Below, piece after piece: positions 1-12,904 of a DNA stretch of 64,000 nt. The first letter of the stretch is position 1, and the number at the start of each line of letters is the position of its first letter. The stretch lies in assembly GCA_030390025.1 (NCBI GenBank), contig CM059432.1, forward strand, positions 12,648,001-12,712,000, in the 5' to 3' direction. Source of the stretch: Squalus acanthias (Eukaryota). The notes under the pieces are model-generated. The model had not been told where the DNA came from, searched no databases, and was given only the letters and a program-made list of their open reading frames with translations. The position numbers and the translations under genes are program-made.

Positions 1-1698
1 TTTGCGTCTGTTTTCACAAAGGAGAGGGGTGAAGCAGACATTGCTATCGGGGGGGAGGAGTGCGAAATATTAGATGAAATAAACATAGTGAGGGAGGAAG
101 TATTAAGGGGTTTAGCAGCTTTAAAAGTGGATAAATCCCCAGGCCTGGATGAAATGTATCCCAGGCTGCTAAGCGAAGCAAAAGAGGAAATAGCAGAGGC
201 ACTGACCATCATTTTTCAATCCTCTCTGGCTTCAGGTGTGGTGCTGGAGGACTGCTAATGTGGTGCCCTTGTTTAAAAAGGGAGAAAAGGATAGACCGAG
301 TAATTACAGGCCAGTCAGCCTAACCTCGGTGGTGGGAAAATTATTGGAAAGAATTCTGAAGGACAGGATAAATCTTCATTTAGAAAGACACGGATTAATC
401 AAGGATAGTCAGCACGGATTTGTTAAGGGAAGGTCGTGTCTGACAAACTTGATTGAATTTTTTGAGGAGGTAACAAGGAGGGTAGATGAGGGTAGTGCAT
501 TTGATGTAGTTTATATGGACTTCAGCAAGGCTTTTGACAAGGTTCCACATGGCAGACTGGTCACGAAGTTAAAAGCCCATGGGATCCAGGGCAAAGTGTC
601 AAGTTGGATTCAAAACTGGCTCGGAGACAGGAAGCAGAGGGTAATGGTTGATGGGTGTTTTTGTGACTGGAAGGCTGTTTCCAGTGGGGTTCCGCAGGGC
701 ACAGTACTAGGTCCCTTGCTTTTTGTGGTATATATCAATGATCTAGACTTGAATATAGGGGGTATGATTAATAAGTTTGCAGATGATACTAAAATCGGCT
801 GTGTGGTTGATACTGAAGAAGGAAGCTGTAGACTGCAGGAAGATATCAATAAATTGGTCAGGTGGGCAGAACAGTGGCAAATGGAATTCAATCTGGAGAA
901 GTGTGAGATAATACATTTGGGGAGGGCTAACAAGGAAAGGGAATACACATTAAATGGTAGGACACTGAGTAGTGTAGAGGAACAAAGGGACCTTGGAGTG
1001 CATGTCCACAGATCCCTGAAGGTAGCAGGCCAAGTAGATAAGGTGGTTAAGAAGGCATACAGAATGCTTGCCTTTATTAGCCGTGGCATAGAATACAAGA
1101 GCAGGGGGGTTATGCTTCAACTGTATAAAACACTAGTTAGGCCTCAGCTAGAGTACTGCGTGCAGTTCTGGTCACCACATTACAGGAAAGATGTGATTGC
1201 ACTTGAGAGGGTACAGAGGAGCTTTACAAGGATGTTGCCGGGAGTAGAGATTCTTAGCTATGAGGAAAGACTGGATAGGCTGGGTCTGTTTTCCTTGGAA
1301 CAGAGAAAGCTGAGGGGAGACCTTATTGAGGTGTATAAAATTATGAGGGGCGTAGATAAAGTGGATAGAAAGGACCTATTTCCCTTAGCAGAGGGGTCAA
1401 AAATTTGATTTAAAGTAATTAGTGCAAGGTTTAGAGGGGATTTGAAGGGAAATTTCTTCACCCAGAGGGTGGTGGGGGTCTGGAACTCACTGCCTGAAAG
1501 GGTGGTAGAGGCAGGAACCCTAACCACATTTAAAAAGTACTTGGATGTGCACTTGGGATGCTCTAACCTGCAGGGCTACGGACCAAGAGCTGGGAAGTGG
1601 GATTAGGCTGGATAGCTCTTTGTTGGCCGGCGCGGACACAATGGGCCGAAATGGCCTCCTTCCGTGCTGTAACTTTCTATGATTCTATATATGATTCT
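1..1698 (+). mobile_element. CR1-clade LINE (lineage A), 3' part of ORF2 reverse transcriptase plus 3' UTR and tail
   Basis: ORF 236-1408 has CR1 RT motifs (NYRPVSLTS, QHGFVKGRSCLTNL, YMDFSKAFDKVPH, GVPQG, KFADD). It ends in the CR1 3' UTR ggccgaaatggcctccttccgtgctg and an (attctat)-like tail. Frameshifted. Confidence 0.95.
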
Positions 1699-1920
1699 GT
1701 CAAACGCTGATATTTCTTCTTTCAAGAAGTCTTGACCGATAGCACGTCAGACGTTGATGTGCTCTGTCAGTGACTTCCCCCCTAATTGGCCTGCTGAGCC
1801 CGCAGGGCGGGCTTAACAAGGTCAATCAGGGGAAAATCCCTCTGGTTGGCCAGAAGTTGATGGAGGCGGGACATTGACCCGACAAGCAGCAGTCCCGCCT
1901 CCATTGAGAAAATCCAGCCC
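1699..1920 (+). mobile_element. 3' portion of a Harbinger-type MITE (same family as 2120-2895), cut by the upstream CR1
   Basis: Similar to 2680-2895 (gggcttaacaa.gtcaatca.gggaaaat, ggccagaagttgatggaggcgggac); ends in AAAATCCAGCCC followed by ata. Confidence 0.75.
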
Positions 1921-2119
1921 ATAGTGTGAGGATCAAAACAGTCTCAATGCAACAAAGTGGCTAAACTTTGCCAAAGGCTGGTAACAATTACTGTATTTGG
2001 GAAGTCTTTATGAGAATTCCGGTCAGTGACAATAAAGAAGAGATGAACACGTTTAACATACTCTTTGTGTACTTGGCTTTTGTTTTAGGAGTTGAACTGC
2101 CCACAGCCTTTGACATTAT

Positions 2120-2895
2120 GGGGGCGATTTTGCCAGCCCTGGAGAGGCGGGTTTGGAGGCGGGACAGCCGGGAAAATGGCAGAAGGCGGGTAGCCGTCCC
2201 ACACCGGGTCCCGTCTCTTTGGAGGCGGGAAGGAAATAAAGCCACTTAACTGCCTGTTAACAGGTAGTTAACAGGCAGAAAAAAGGCTTATCACCATTTT
2301 GCCCGCACAAGTGCAGGGCTTCCCGAAGGTTCCGAAACTCGCCAGGGTCACCGAGGTGAGTAGTGGGTCTGCGGGGGTCGGAGGGGTCCAAAAGTGCGCT
2401 GTGGAGGTGAGTGATGGGTGCAAGTGTGGAGAGGTGAGTATCTGAGGTAAGTGCAAAGTGTTAGAAAAAATTTACTTACCTTTGTTTCTTCCTGCAGGCT
2501 TCAATCGGTGGGTATGCGGAGAGTCTCGCACCTCCGTGGTAGAGATGACAGATGGCCGTTGCATTCTCCAATGCAGCAACCATCTAATTTCTCCAAAAGA
2601 AAGATGTTTGATAAGGTCTTGAATTCAAGACCTCATCAAACTACAGAGAATGTCACTGTTTGACAGCTTCACAGAGCTGTCAAACGATGACAATTCATCT
2701 GTCAAAAAACGTCATACATTGACATTCTCTGTAACCGGCTTCCCCTTAATTTTCCTGCTAAGCCCGCTGAGCGGGCTTAACAAAGTCAATCAAGGGAAAA
2801 TAGCGTGGGTTGGCCAGAAGTTGATGGAGGCGGGACTGAAACCCGACAAGTGGGAGTCCTGCCTCCAAAAGCTCCCCATTGGCAAAATCCAGCCC
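2120..2895 (+). mobile_element. Non-autonomous DNA transposon (MITE), probably PIF/Harbinger
   Basis: TIRs GGGGGCGATTTTGCCA / TGGCAAAATCCAGCCC; flanks tat/tta; a second full copy lies in reverse orientation at 56978-57822. Confidence 0.85.
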
Positions 2896-3257
2896 TTACT
2901 AAAACCTCTTACCTTACTGCTTTCCAGCACATTATAAAAGCAAAAAAATAAACTCTCTTGTGGCCCCATTTGTACTAATTCCACGTTTATGCTAATAGTT
3001 CAATTCAGATGCATATTTTCATCTTCAGTGCACGGGTAGGAGTTTGGTGGCCTGTTATGGAATCCATCCGATTTTCATGAACGGGTGAGTGATCTGCTCC
3101 ACCAGCTTATCACCCGTGTGATGAAGACATAAATTACCCCATAGTCTTTGACTGTGCACAAGATCACAAGTTAGATATAGATTATGCTATATGTGAATGC
3201 ACAAGTGGTACAATAAAGATTAGGAAGAATAAAGAAGAAAAAAATTCAAAGTACGAA

Positions 3258-3840
3258 TTACAAAGTAGGGAGATAAACGATTAGGTCTACATAGTCAGAA
3301 GTGCCAAGGGGCTTAGGTGGGCACCACGCATGCATCAGCCATTCAGTAGCTTCAGGGTCAACATTGTGGAGTCGGGAGAGTCCTCCTGGTAGACCAACAT
3401 GAAATAAGCAGCCATTCAGTAAACGTACGGCATCCTCAGCTGCACCGACAGCGACACCGAGGGCTGTTTCTGAGTCCCCACGTGTGGTCATTTACCGCAC
3501 CCCTTACCTCCCCATATCAAAATGGTTGAGCTTGCATCGGAGATGGCGCTGCAGCTCAAAGCCAGGCAGTCTCTCATCAGGCAGGGTGATGAGGAAAGAG
3601 TTTCTTACAGAGGTGCGGGAGCTGCTTCCCCGTTCCGTTCAACATATTGAGGCAGCGTCCGCCATGAGGATAGTTGGCAGCACCGTCCGGATTGGACTTC
3701 TGCTGATGAATTGGTGGTGAGGCACCTCCCATATATCTTTGAAAAGTGTCTGTTGTGGCATCTCCTGGATTTTCTCAAGGAGGCCCTTTACCGTAATATG
3801 ACGCCTGATGTTAGGAGGTCACATATTTGAGAGGACAGGT
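3258..3840 (-). mobile_element. Degenerate 3' fragment of a Vingi/Ingi-like LINE ORF
   Basis: Minus-strand translation across stops and frameshifts gives PVLSNM*PPNIRRH...PGFELQRHLRCKLNHF / GAVNDHTWGLRNSPRCRC / LLNGC..LPGGLSRLHNVDPEATEWL, resembling the C-terminus (CCHC knuckle region) of Vingi/Ingi ORFs. Confidence 0.6.
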
Positions 3841-4056
3841 AGCCATTCGATGATCTAGACGAGGAAGGTCATTCAACTCATCTTGGCTCATCTATTGAGA
3901 GCGGCCGCCACAATCTCCCATTCACAACATCCAGTTGTTCCTTAAGTGATTCCATGGTTTTCACCTCCACTATTCTAGCATTTCATGTGTTGATCACTCT
4001 GTGTGGAGAAGAACTCAGCGACACTTGTCCTAAATGTGAGCAAATGGTGCTTTCGG

Positions 4057-4505
4057 TGTCAGTTGGCTCAGTAGTAGCACTCCCAACTTTGAGTCAGAAG
4101 GTTGTGTGCTCAAGCCCCAGTGCAGGACTTGAGCATTTAGTTTAGGTTGACTCATCCGTGCAGTATTGAGGGAGTGCTGTATTGTTGAAGGTGCTGCCTT
4201 TTGGAGGAGAAGTTAAAGATAGGACCCATCCAGATGAACCTAAAAAATCTCATGCCACTTTTTGAGCAACATGAGGAAGCTCTCCTCGTGTTCTGGTCAA
4301 TATTCCTCCCTCAAATAAGATTAGTCGGAAGAAATGATAATTGATCTAATTGGCTGTTTGTGGGACCTTGCTGTGCATAAATTGTTTGCCATGTTCACGT
4401 ATATAAAAGTGACTGTATTCTGAAAGTAATTCATTAGCTGTGAAGCACTTTGGGACATCCTAAGGATGTAAAAGACCGTATATAAGTGTACATTCCTTCT
4501 TTTCT
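4057..4505 (+). mobile_element. Diverged tRNA-derived DeuSINE (SacSINE1-like)
   Basis: Head ggctcagtagtagcact...gagtcagaaggttgtg, central Deu-like domain and L2-like tail; collinear with younger copies in the window. Confidence 0.8.
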
Positions 4506-4614
4506 TTTAAATTTGCCTTTCACGAGTTTGAACCTTTTGTCCTTTTGCCCTACTTGTGTTCAGATTAAAGTAATTTTCCAGATCTGCCTTTTCCATACTG
4601 TTTATTATCTTACA

Positions 4615-5090
4615 AGAAAGAAAGAAAGACTTGCATTTCTATAGTGCCTTTCACGACCACTGGACGTCCCAAAGCACTTTCCAGCCAGTGAAGTACTTGT
4701 TTGAGTGGAGTCACTGTTGTAATGTGGGAAACGCGGCAGCCAATTTGCACACAGCAAGCTCCCACAAACAGCAATGTGATAATGACCAGATAATCTGTTT
4801 TTTTTCAGTGATGTTGATTGAGGGATAAATATTGGCCCAGGACACCGGGGAGAACTCCCCTGCTGTTCTTCAAAATAGTGCTGTGGGATCTTTTACGTCC
4901 ACCTGAGAGAGCAGACGGGGCCTCGGTTTAACGTCTCATCCGAAAGGCGGCACCGTCTGACAGTGTAGCACTCCCTCAGCACTGTATAAGGAGTATCAGC
5001 CTAGATTTTTGTACTCAAGTCCCTGGAGTTTGAACCCACAACCTTCTAGACTCAGAAGGCAAGGGTGCTACCCACTGAGCCACAGCTGAT
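4615..5090 (-). mobile_element. Full-length SacSINE1-like DeuSINE
   Basis: tRNA-like A/B-box head (tggctcagtgggtag...gggttcaaac), conserved body and tataga/tataaatgcaagtctttctt tail; closely similar to the copies at 22025 and 24720. Confidence 0.9.
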
Positions 5091-6175
5091 ACTCCTCTAT
5101 AAGCTTGCCTGTCAGTTACCTCCATTCAAGGATGAAAAGAAAGAAAGGAGAAAGCAGGAACTTGTATTTATTCAATACCTTCTCATTTCCTCAGCACATT
5201 CCAAAGTGCTTCACAGCTAGTAAGTTATTTTTGAACTGTCGTCACATGTAAAAGAAAGAAAGGCTTGCATTTATATAGCGTCTTTCACGACCTCAGAACG
5301 TCCCAAAGCATTTTACAGCCAATGAACGGAACTGGACAGAGTGCTCAAGGGCAAAGGCAAAATACTGCAGATGTGGGAAATCGGAAATAAAAAACAGAAA
5401 ATGCTGGAAATATTCAGCAGGTCAGGCATCAGCTGTGCAGAGAGTAACAGAGTTAACTTTTCGGGTCGGTGATCTTTCATCAGCACTGGAAAATGTGACA
5501 GATGTCACAGGTTTTAAGCAAGTACAGAGGCAGGGAATTGGGGGGAGGAAAGAACAAAAGGGGAGGTCTGTGATAGGGTGGAAGGCAGGAGAGATTGAAT
5601 GACAAAAGGGATGATGGTGCGAGGCAAAAGGGGGGTGGCAATGGGACAAGTAAAGAAACAAAAGATGGGTCTAGAGGATGCTGTAAATGGCAAGAGCAGC
5701 ATCATTACCAGCACCTACAGCCCGAAAAAAAGTGAGCAGTGGTTATAATCTGAAATTGTTGAACTGAATGTTGGGTCCGGAAGGTTGAAAAGTGCCTAAT
5801 CGAAAGATGAGGTGCTGTTCCTCGAGCCTCCGCTGAGCTTCATTGGAAAAGTCGAGCAGGTTGAGGACAGAGAGGTCAGAGTGGGAGTGGGATGGAGGAT
5901 TAAAATGGCAAGCGAAAGGAAGCTTAGGGTCTCGCTCGAATATTGAATGGAAGTGTTCAGCAAAGCGATCACCCAATCTGTGTTTGGTCTCCCCTGTGTA
6001 GAGGAGGCCACATCGTGATCAGTGACTGCAATATACTAAATTGAAAGAAGTACAAGTAAATCGCTGTTTCACCATGGAAGGAGTATTTGGGGCCCTGGAC
6101 GGTGGGAGGTGAAAGGGCAGGTGTTGCATCTCCTGCACTTGCACGGAAAGGTGAGTGGACCAGGGTGTCGGGGAA

Positions 6176-6526
6176 AGAAAGACTTTCATGACCTCAGGAC
6201 ATCCCAAAGCGCTTTACAGCCAATGAAGTACGTTTGAAGTGCAGCTAATTTGCACACAGCAAGCTCCCACAAACAACAATGTGATAATGACCAAATAATC
6301 TGTTTTTAGTGATGTTGATTGAGGGATAAATATTGGCCAGGACACCGGGAATAACTCCCCTGCTCTTTTTCGAAATAGTGCTATGGGATCTTTTACGTCC
6401 ACCTGGGAGAGCAGACAGGGCCTCAGTTTAATGCACCTCTGGCAGCCCAACATTCCCTCAGCACTGCCCTGGAGTGTCAGGCTAGATTTTTGTGCTCAAG
6501 TCCCTGGAGTGGGACTATGAACCCAC

Positions 6527-6557
<31 letters not shown>

Positions 6558-6578
6558 AACTGAGCCACTGGCTGACAG
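6176..6578 (-). mobile_element. SacSINE1-like SINE inserted in the PLE
   Basis: Same body and head as the other copies; PLE sequence resumes on both sides. Confidence 0.88.
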
Positions 6579-6756
6579 TGACGGAGGGAACAGTCCCTTC
6601 AGAATAAGGAAAGGGGAGGGGAAGATGTGTTTGGTGGTGGCATCGCGCTGGAGATGGTGAAAATGGTGGAAGATGATCTGTTGAATGTGGAGACTGGTGG
6701 GGTGGAAGATGAGGACAAGGGGATCCCTATTGTGGTTCTGGGAGGAAGGGTAAGGT

Positions 6757-8180
6757 TTTTTTTAAATTAGTTCCTGGGATGTGGGCGTCGCTGGCAAGGC
6801 CAGCAATTATTACCCATCCCTAATTGCCTTTGAGAAGGTGGTGGTGAGCCGCCTTCTTGAACCGCTGCAGTCCATGTGGTGAAGGTACTCCCACAGTGCT
6901 GTAAGGGAGGGAGATCCAAGATTTTGACCCAGTGACAATGAAGGAACGGCGATATATTTCCAAGTCAGGATGGTGTGTGACGTGGAGGGTAACTTGGAGG
7001 TGATGGTGTTCCCATGCGCCTGCTGCCCTTGTCCTTCTAGGTGGTAGAGGTCATGGGTTTGGGAGGTGCTGTCGAAGAAGCCTTGGCAAGTTGCTGCAGT
7101 GCATCTTGTAGGTGGTGCACACTGCAGCCACGGTGTGCCGGTGGTGGAGGGAGTGAACGTTTAAGATGGTGGATGGGATGCCAATCAAGCGGGCTGCTTT
7201 GTCCTGGATGGTGTCAAGCTTTTTGAGTATTGTTGGAACTGCACTCATCCAGACAAGTGGAGAGTATTCCATCATACTCCTGACTTGTGCCTTGTAGATG
7301 GTAGAAAGGCTTTGAGGAGTCAGGAGGTGAGACACTTGACGCAGAATACCCAGCCTCTGACCTGCTCTTGTAGCCACAGTATTTATGTGGCTGGTCTAGT
7401 TAAGTTTCTGGTCAATGGTGACCCCCAGGATGTTGATGGTGGGGGATTCGACAATGGTAATGCCATTGAATGTCAAGGGGCAGTGGTTAGACACTCGCTT
7501 GTTGGAGATAGTCATTGCCTGGCACTTGTGTGGCATGAATGTTACTTGCCACTTATCAGCCCAAGCCTAAATGTTGTCCAGGTCTTGCTGCTTGCGGGCA
7601 TGGATGGCTTCATTATCTGGGGAGTTGTGAATGGAACTGAACATTGTGCAATCATCAGCGAACATCCCCACTTCTGACCTCATGAGGGAGGGAAGATCAT
7701 TGATGAAGCAGCTGAAGATGGTTGGGCCGAGGAAACTGCCCTAAGGAACTCCTGCAGCGATGTCCTGGGGCTGAGATGATTGACCTCCAATAACCACAAC
7801 CATCTTCCTTTGTGCTAGGTATGACTCCAGCCAGTGGAGAGTTTTCCCCCAATTCCCATTGACTTCAGTTTTACTAGGGCTCCTTGATGCCACACTCGGT
7901 CAAATGTTGCCTTGATGTCAAGGGCAGTTACTTTCGCCTCACCTCTGGAATTCAGCTCGTTTGTCCATGTTTGGACCAAGGCTGTAATTAAGTCAGTAGC
8001 CGAGTGGTCCGGGCGGATCCCAAACTGAGCATCGGTGAGCAGGTTATTGATGCATAAGTGCCGCTTGATAGCACTGTCGATGACACCTTCCATCACTTTG
8101 CTGATAATTGAGAGTAGACTGATGGTGCGGTAATTGGCCAGATTTGATTTGTCCTGCTTTTTGTGGACAGGATATACCTG
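6757..8180 (-). mobile_element. CR1-type LINE, lineage B, 5'-truncated, inserted in the PLE
   Basis: ORF fragments ALDIKATFDRVWH and IYKAQVRSMMEYSPLVW; 3' end gggcaattaggg..tgctggccttgccagcgacgcccacatccc + A tail; flanks agggtaagg/agggtgagg resemble a TSD. Confidence 0.9.
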
Positions 8181-9859
8181 GGCAGGGTGAGGGCAGAAGT
8201 ACGGGAAATGGGACGGATACAGTTGAGAGCCCTGTCAACCGTGGTGGAAGGGAATCCTCGGTTGAGGAAAAGGGAAGACATATCGGAAGCACTGGTGTGG
8301 AAGGTGGCGTCGTCAGAACAGATGCGACGGAGCCGGAGAATTTGGGAGAATGGAATAGAGATCTTACAGCAAGTGGGGTGGGAGGAAGTGTAATCAAGGT
8401 AGCTGTGGGAGTCAGTTGGCTTGTAGTAGATATTGGTTGACAGCCTATCCCCAAAAATGGTGATAGAGAAGTCGAGGAATGGGAGGGAAGAATCAAAGAT
8501 GGACCATGTGTAGGTGAGGGAGGGATTGAAATTTGAAGCAAAGTTGATGACATTTACCAGTTTGGGGAGAGAGCAGGAAGCGGCACCGATACAGTCATCA
8601 ATGTAGCGGAAAAAGAGGTGAAGGAGGGGACCTGAGTAGGACTGGAGCAACAGTACTCAAGGTGTGGTCTAACCACTATAAGGTTTGAGCACGACTTCCA
8701 TCCCATCTGCATTCTACTCTTATCTTCCTTGAATTCCTAAATTCCTTGAATCTGTACTGTTGGCAGCCACATTTTTTGCGAGTCTCGTTTTAGTGCGTCT
8801 GCAGCGACTTCTAACAAGACGCTCCACGTATTTTGAAATCACTTTGCCCCCACCCCCCCAGGTCATTTGTCTGGAATTAAACAGACAATCTCTGTGCAAA
8901 GTAAGGAGAACAAGTACTCAATGGTGCCTGGAAAGCCACTGTACACTCATGCGGAACCTGTGTGTGAAGATGCTTCGTGGCTCAGAGTGCTGACATTTCA
9001 TTTTTATACTGCGATTGTACTGGTTTGCATAATACGGGTGGTCTTTGTTGGCAGCTTGACATAGGCACGGGTTCAATGCTGCTTTTATATCAGTGTAAAG
9101 TTGCAAGAATGAAAGGGGTATAATTATCCATATAACGCTCCTTTGAACATTACTAGGATTACTTACAATATAAAACTGAAAAATGTGGAACTACTTTGAC
9201 AAACTATTTGTATACTATTTGTATGCAGACCTGGCAACTCTTAACCCACCAGAGTAGCTGAAACCTATTATCACACGAATTACAGGGGTCATTTCAAGTC
9301 TGTCTGCTTGCCATGTTAATATCTTGGTAACCTCTGGCTAAATGATCATGACTACTGGTGGCTATTCCCATAAGTTTTTAGATGTTGGTTTTTTTCTCTC
9401 TCTCTTTCTTGCTGGCTGGCTTTCAACAATGAGATGTGCGCTTACTCCCTCTTTAATATAATGCAGAAGTTTAATTTAGCAGACCCCAGTTTATTATTAC
9501 TGGCTCGCTGTGACCATCTAACATTGCCAAGTTTGGTTGGTTTTGCTATTTATTGTTCCCTAACATTTTCAAATATTTATTTGCTGTGATGTCCACAACT
9601 CAAATTGAAGTGACCTATTGCTTGGGTAAACTGAGAGAGGCAAGATTCAATAACGGGCATCAAGGCTGATTTTTTTTTTCCAAAAAGGTTGTGATTCTTC
9701 AGAGTATTGTCTACAGCTTTCCCATCTGCCTACTATTGTCAGTCAAGAGATTTGGGGAAAGAAGATGCAACATATTTTCGTGAGCTATGAAGTGTTTCTC
9801 TGCAAATATCTTCCTCCACGTGCAATTTTCAGCGGCAAATTGTGTCGCAAGTTGCAAAT

Positions 9860-9978
9860 ATGATTTCCCACATTACAACAGTGACTACACTCCAAAAAGT
9901 ACTTCATTGGCTGTAAAGCGCTTTGAGAGGTCCGGTGGTCGTGAAAGGCGCTATATAAATGCAAGTCTTCCTTTTTTA
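9860..9978 (+). mobile_element. SacSINE1-like 3' fragment
   Basis: cattacaacagtgactacact...ggcgctatataaatgcaagtct tail. Confidence 0.85.
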
Positions 9979-12587
9979 TGATGGAAAATGGATTCCATCT
10001 GTTTTAACTTCTTTAAAAATAATCTACAAAGAGGCTTTAAAAAGTCTGGTGAATGAGAAAACACAGACTTTCCTACAAGGCATTCCAGTTATATTTTATA
10101 TGGCATGGATAAGGGAAAGATATTATCCTGATGCAAGGATGTATCACCCTAGGAGAACTATCATGAACCAGACAGGCTACAGTTGCGGTGCCTAGTTCTG
10201 AAAGGATCTGGAGAGAGCAACATGGCCCACCCTCTGGTACTCAAACTAGCTGCCGCCCTCACCTGCTACACCATTGGCACCTTGCAAATTCCGCCTGGTA
10301 ATATTTCTGGGATAGACCCAGCTCCTGTGTTGAAACGTGTCAGTTGGGTAACATTGCACTGGTATCTTCATTCTCAGATCCGAGACACGTCAACTGTAGC
10401 TCAAACATAAAATGATGCTCTTTAGAACGTTCTCTTAAAAAAATATTGTGGCGGAATGTAAATGTACCGTGAAATTGGAAAAAGTGAACACATGTATTCA
10501 ATAGAAAAGGGTTTTAAATAATATGAACATCCAGGTGGCGTGAGATGCAAAAGGGTTGGAATTTGCTCTGAGTCCAACCCCCTTGTTAGGACAATAAGCA
10601 GAGTACAAAAATAAGCAGACATCAGTAAGGACATAATGAAGAAAGTGAATTGTGCAAAAAGTATACAAGAATGAGACATTGAAAGGGTGTTTTAACGTAA
10701 ATATTTATAACTGCAAGAACACTACACTAGTGTAGGCCAAGATAAGCAAGCTTAATAACTCTCTTGCATCTGGCAAGATTGTGATCTCCTGGCTCAGGAT
10801 CATAATCATAAACTTGTGTGGTAAATCTCACAACATCTGCCTTCCACGAGTGAGAGTGAATAAGAGGACGCTATGGAGGCATGGACTGTCCCAGTCTTCA
10901 TATTAGTACTGAATACACTCTAGTAAAACTAGAGGGGTTTCTCTACCACTATGGATACTGGGGTAATAACAGCAACACTGAACTTACATTACCCTGTCTT
11001 TAATGTAGCAAAATATTCCAATGTCCAGAGGGAGGCTGGACGCAATGTATATGGTATCAAGTATATGGCCCGTGACGTAAAATCTCACACCTGATTTGGC
11101 AGCTCTGGGCAAGGAGAAGGATACAATCATCACCATCTTGTTTGGCTTGTTCCTGGTTCTGCTGGAACTGATTCTGTGGCATTGCAGAGCAATGATCGGA
11201 TCCACCGTTGGTTCATCTGCGGTTCAGTGGCATTGTGTGACCCCCTTCCAAAACTGACCGCCTCCCTCCCTCAGCTAACTCTGTGGAATTCTATCCTCCA
11301 GTCCAGCGTGAAGATCCCTTGCTTTCAGTTACATGTGCAAACTAGATTTTCTAATCAGGCATTTGTTGACCTTTAGCTTTAGGTTTTCATTTCTTTATTT
11401 GAGGCTACTATGTGCCTCTGCACCGAGTTACATTTGTCTTATTTCCAATTTCCTATGAAATGTTCCTTATAGCCCTTGGGTAAGGTTAGCCTTCCTGCTA
11501 ATAAATACCTTGTTTTCATTCTTAAATATGTCTGTTTCCTCCTTCAAAAAATAAGCCTTGTGGTGATATGGAGAATTTTTGCCGGAATGACTCAGCATCT
11601 GTGGTTATAAACAGTCTTAAAATGCTTGGCTTGTATTTATACTGTGCATCAAAATATTGGCTTGCTTTAATATTAAACATTGCGCAATTTTCATCTGTCT
11701 TTTGACGATTCTGGCCGTGACCAAAATCACCCTTATTACTTTCTATTTTGATTATTTAAAAACAAATAACTGTATCTCTCAGGTTTTGCTGCATCATACA
11801 ACACTTCCCAGTTAAAAGAGCAGGACTATTCAAAGTCTGCGGGTTCAACAGCAATCAAAGTTGATCCATTAACTGATTTTCCTCCTACTCCAGCCTTCTT
11901 CTGCCCTTCCTTCCCACCTCTGCTCTGTGCCTGATGGCAAGACTGAGATAGGGAACTCAACATCTGAGGAATCATGACTATGACCCTGACTCCCAACACT
12001 TAATGAGTAAGAGAGCCAAGCTGTTGCACTACCATGGAGTGAAGTGGATAGATTTTAACCTTCACCACCGGGCAGAAACTGGCAGTAACAGATGGGCTGC
12101 CCATTATACACCCCACAAAATTTTCCTTACCTTTTCCTGGTGCTGAAAGTTAAAATATACTCCAAGATCTTTTAAAATTCTAACATATACTTAACAACTG
12201 ATAGAAATGGAAACAATAAATTATAAAGTGGAAAATTGAGGGAAATAAACTTGCAGGGCTACGGGAATAGAGCGGGGGAACGGGACTGACTGGATTGCTC
12301 TGCAGTGAGCTGGCACGGACTAGATGGGCCGAATGGCCTCCTTCTGTGCCGTTATGACTCTATATGACTCTATGAAGTGTAGTCACAGTTGCAATGTAGG
12401 AAAATATGTTCCTAACTGCTTCTTCAATGACTAGTTTTTTGCCAGTAGTGTATGGAAAATGATAATTCGTAATTTTAAACGTAATCACAGGTCTGTTGGA
12501 CCCACAAGGTTGTTATTAAAGAATGTCATTGTGTTGTGAAAAAATAATTTTCTTCATTAAGTGATGTAAGCAGTTAGAGAAGATATA

Positions 12588-12732
12588 GGAGTAAATTTTC
12601 ACCTTAAACGCCTGGGTAGGTATCTGGCCCGCTAATTGAAGAATCTGCCTGATGTTCATTCCATTTCTACAATGGGTGGCCAATTCGCTATGCCAGATTA
12701 CTGCCCAGATGGTGAAGGTGAAAAATTACCCC
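12588..12732. mobile_element. Small old hairpin MITE (similar elements near 3005-3140, 12045-12162 and 54597-54788)
   Basis: Imperfect TIRs ggagtaaattttcacctt / aaggtgaaaaattacccc followed by ata. Confidence 0.6.
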
Positions 12733-12904
12733 ATACTCTTTCATTTGGATCTCACTTAAAGCTTTTTAAGGTAACGCATATGTCTGTTCCTGTTTCGGCA
12801 ACATGCATTTATTTTGGTTTCTTTTCAGTTTACTCACCTCCTCTCCTGAAGGGGGCTGACTCATGTGGGGTATGGTTCCAAGGGTTCCTTGGCTAAGTGA
12901 CTTC

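Larger units (their letters stand above)
5355..8650 (-). mobile_element. Penelope-like element (partial RT, GIY-YIG endonuclease and terminal repeat), split by a SINE (6176-6578) and a CR1-type LINE (6757-8180)
   Basis: ORF 8093-8650 has FFRYIDD..FLD..YYKPTDSHSYLDYTSSHP..IPFSQILRLRRICS (PLE RT). ORF 5743-5976 has GDRFAEH..ACHFN..RRLEEQHLIFRLGT..PSGPN (GIY-YIG C-terminus). The terminal repeat at 5355-5490 contains a decayed hammerhead motif. Confidence 0.92.

Noticed and set aside
236..1408. Long RT ORFs (also 55186-56340, 43606-44355, 34441-35091) as functional genes or retron/defence RTs
   Set aside because: All are truncated, frameshifted CR1-type LINE fragments with LINE 3' tails; no endonuclease domain or ORF1 is present in the window.
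11092..11218. Possible minus-strand exon (ccgcag ... CAG|gtgtga)
   Set aside because: No polypyrimidine tract, and the peptide is not recognisable.
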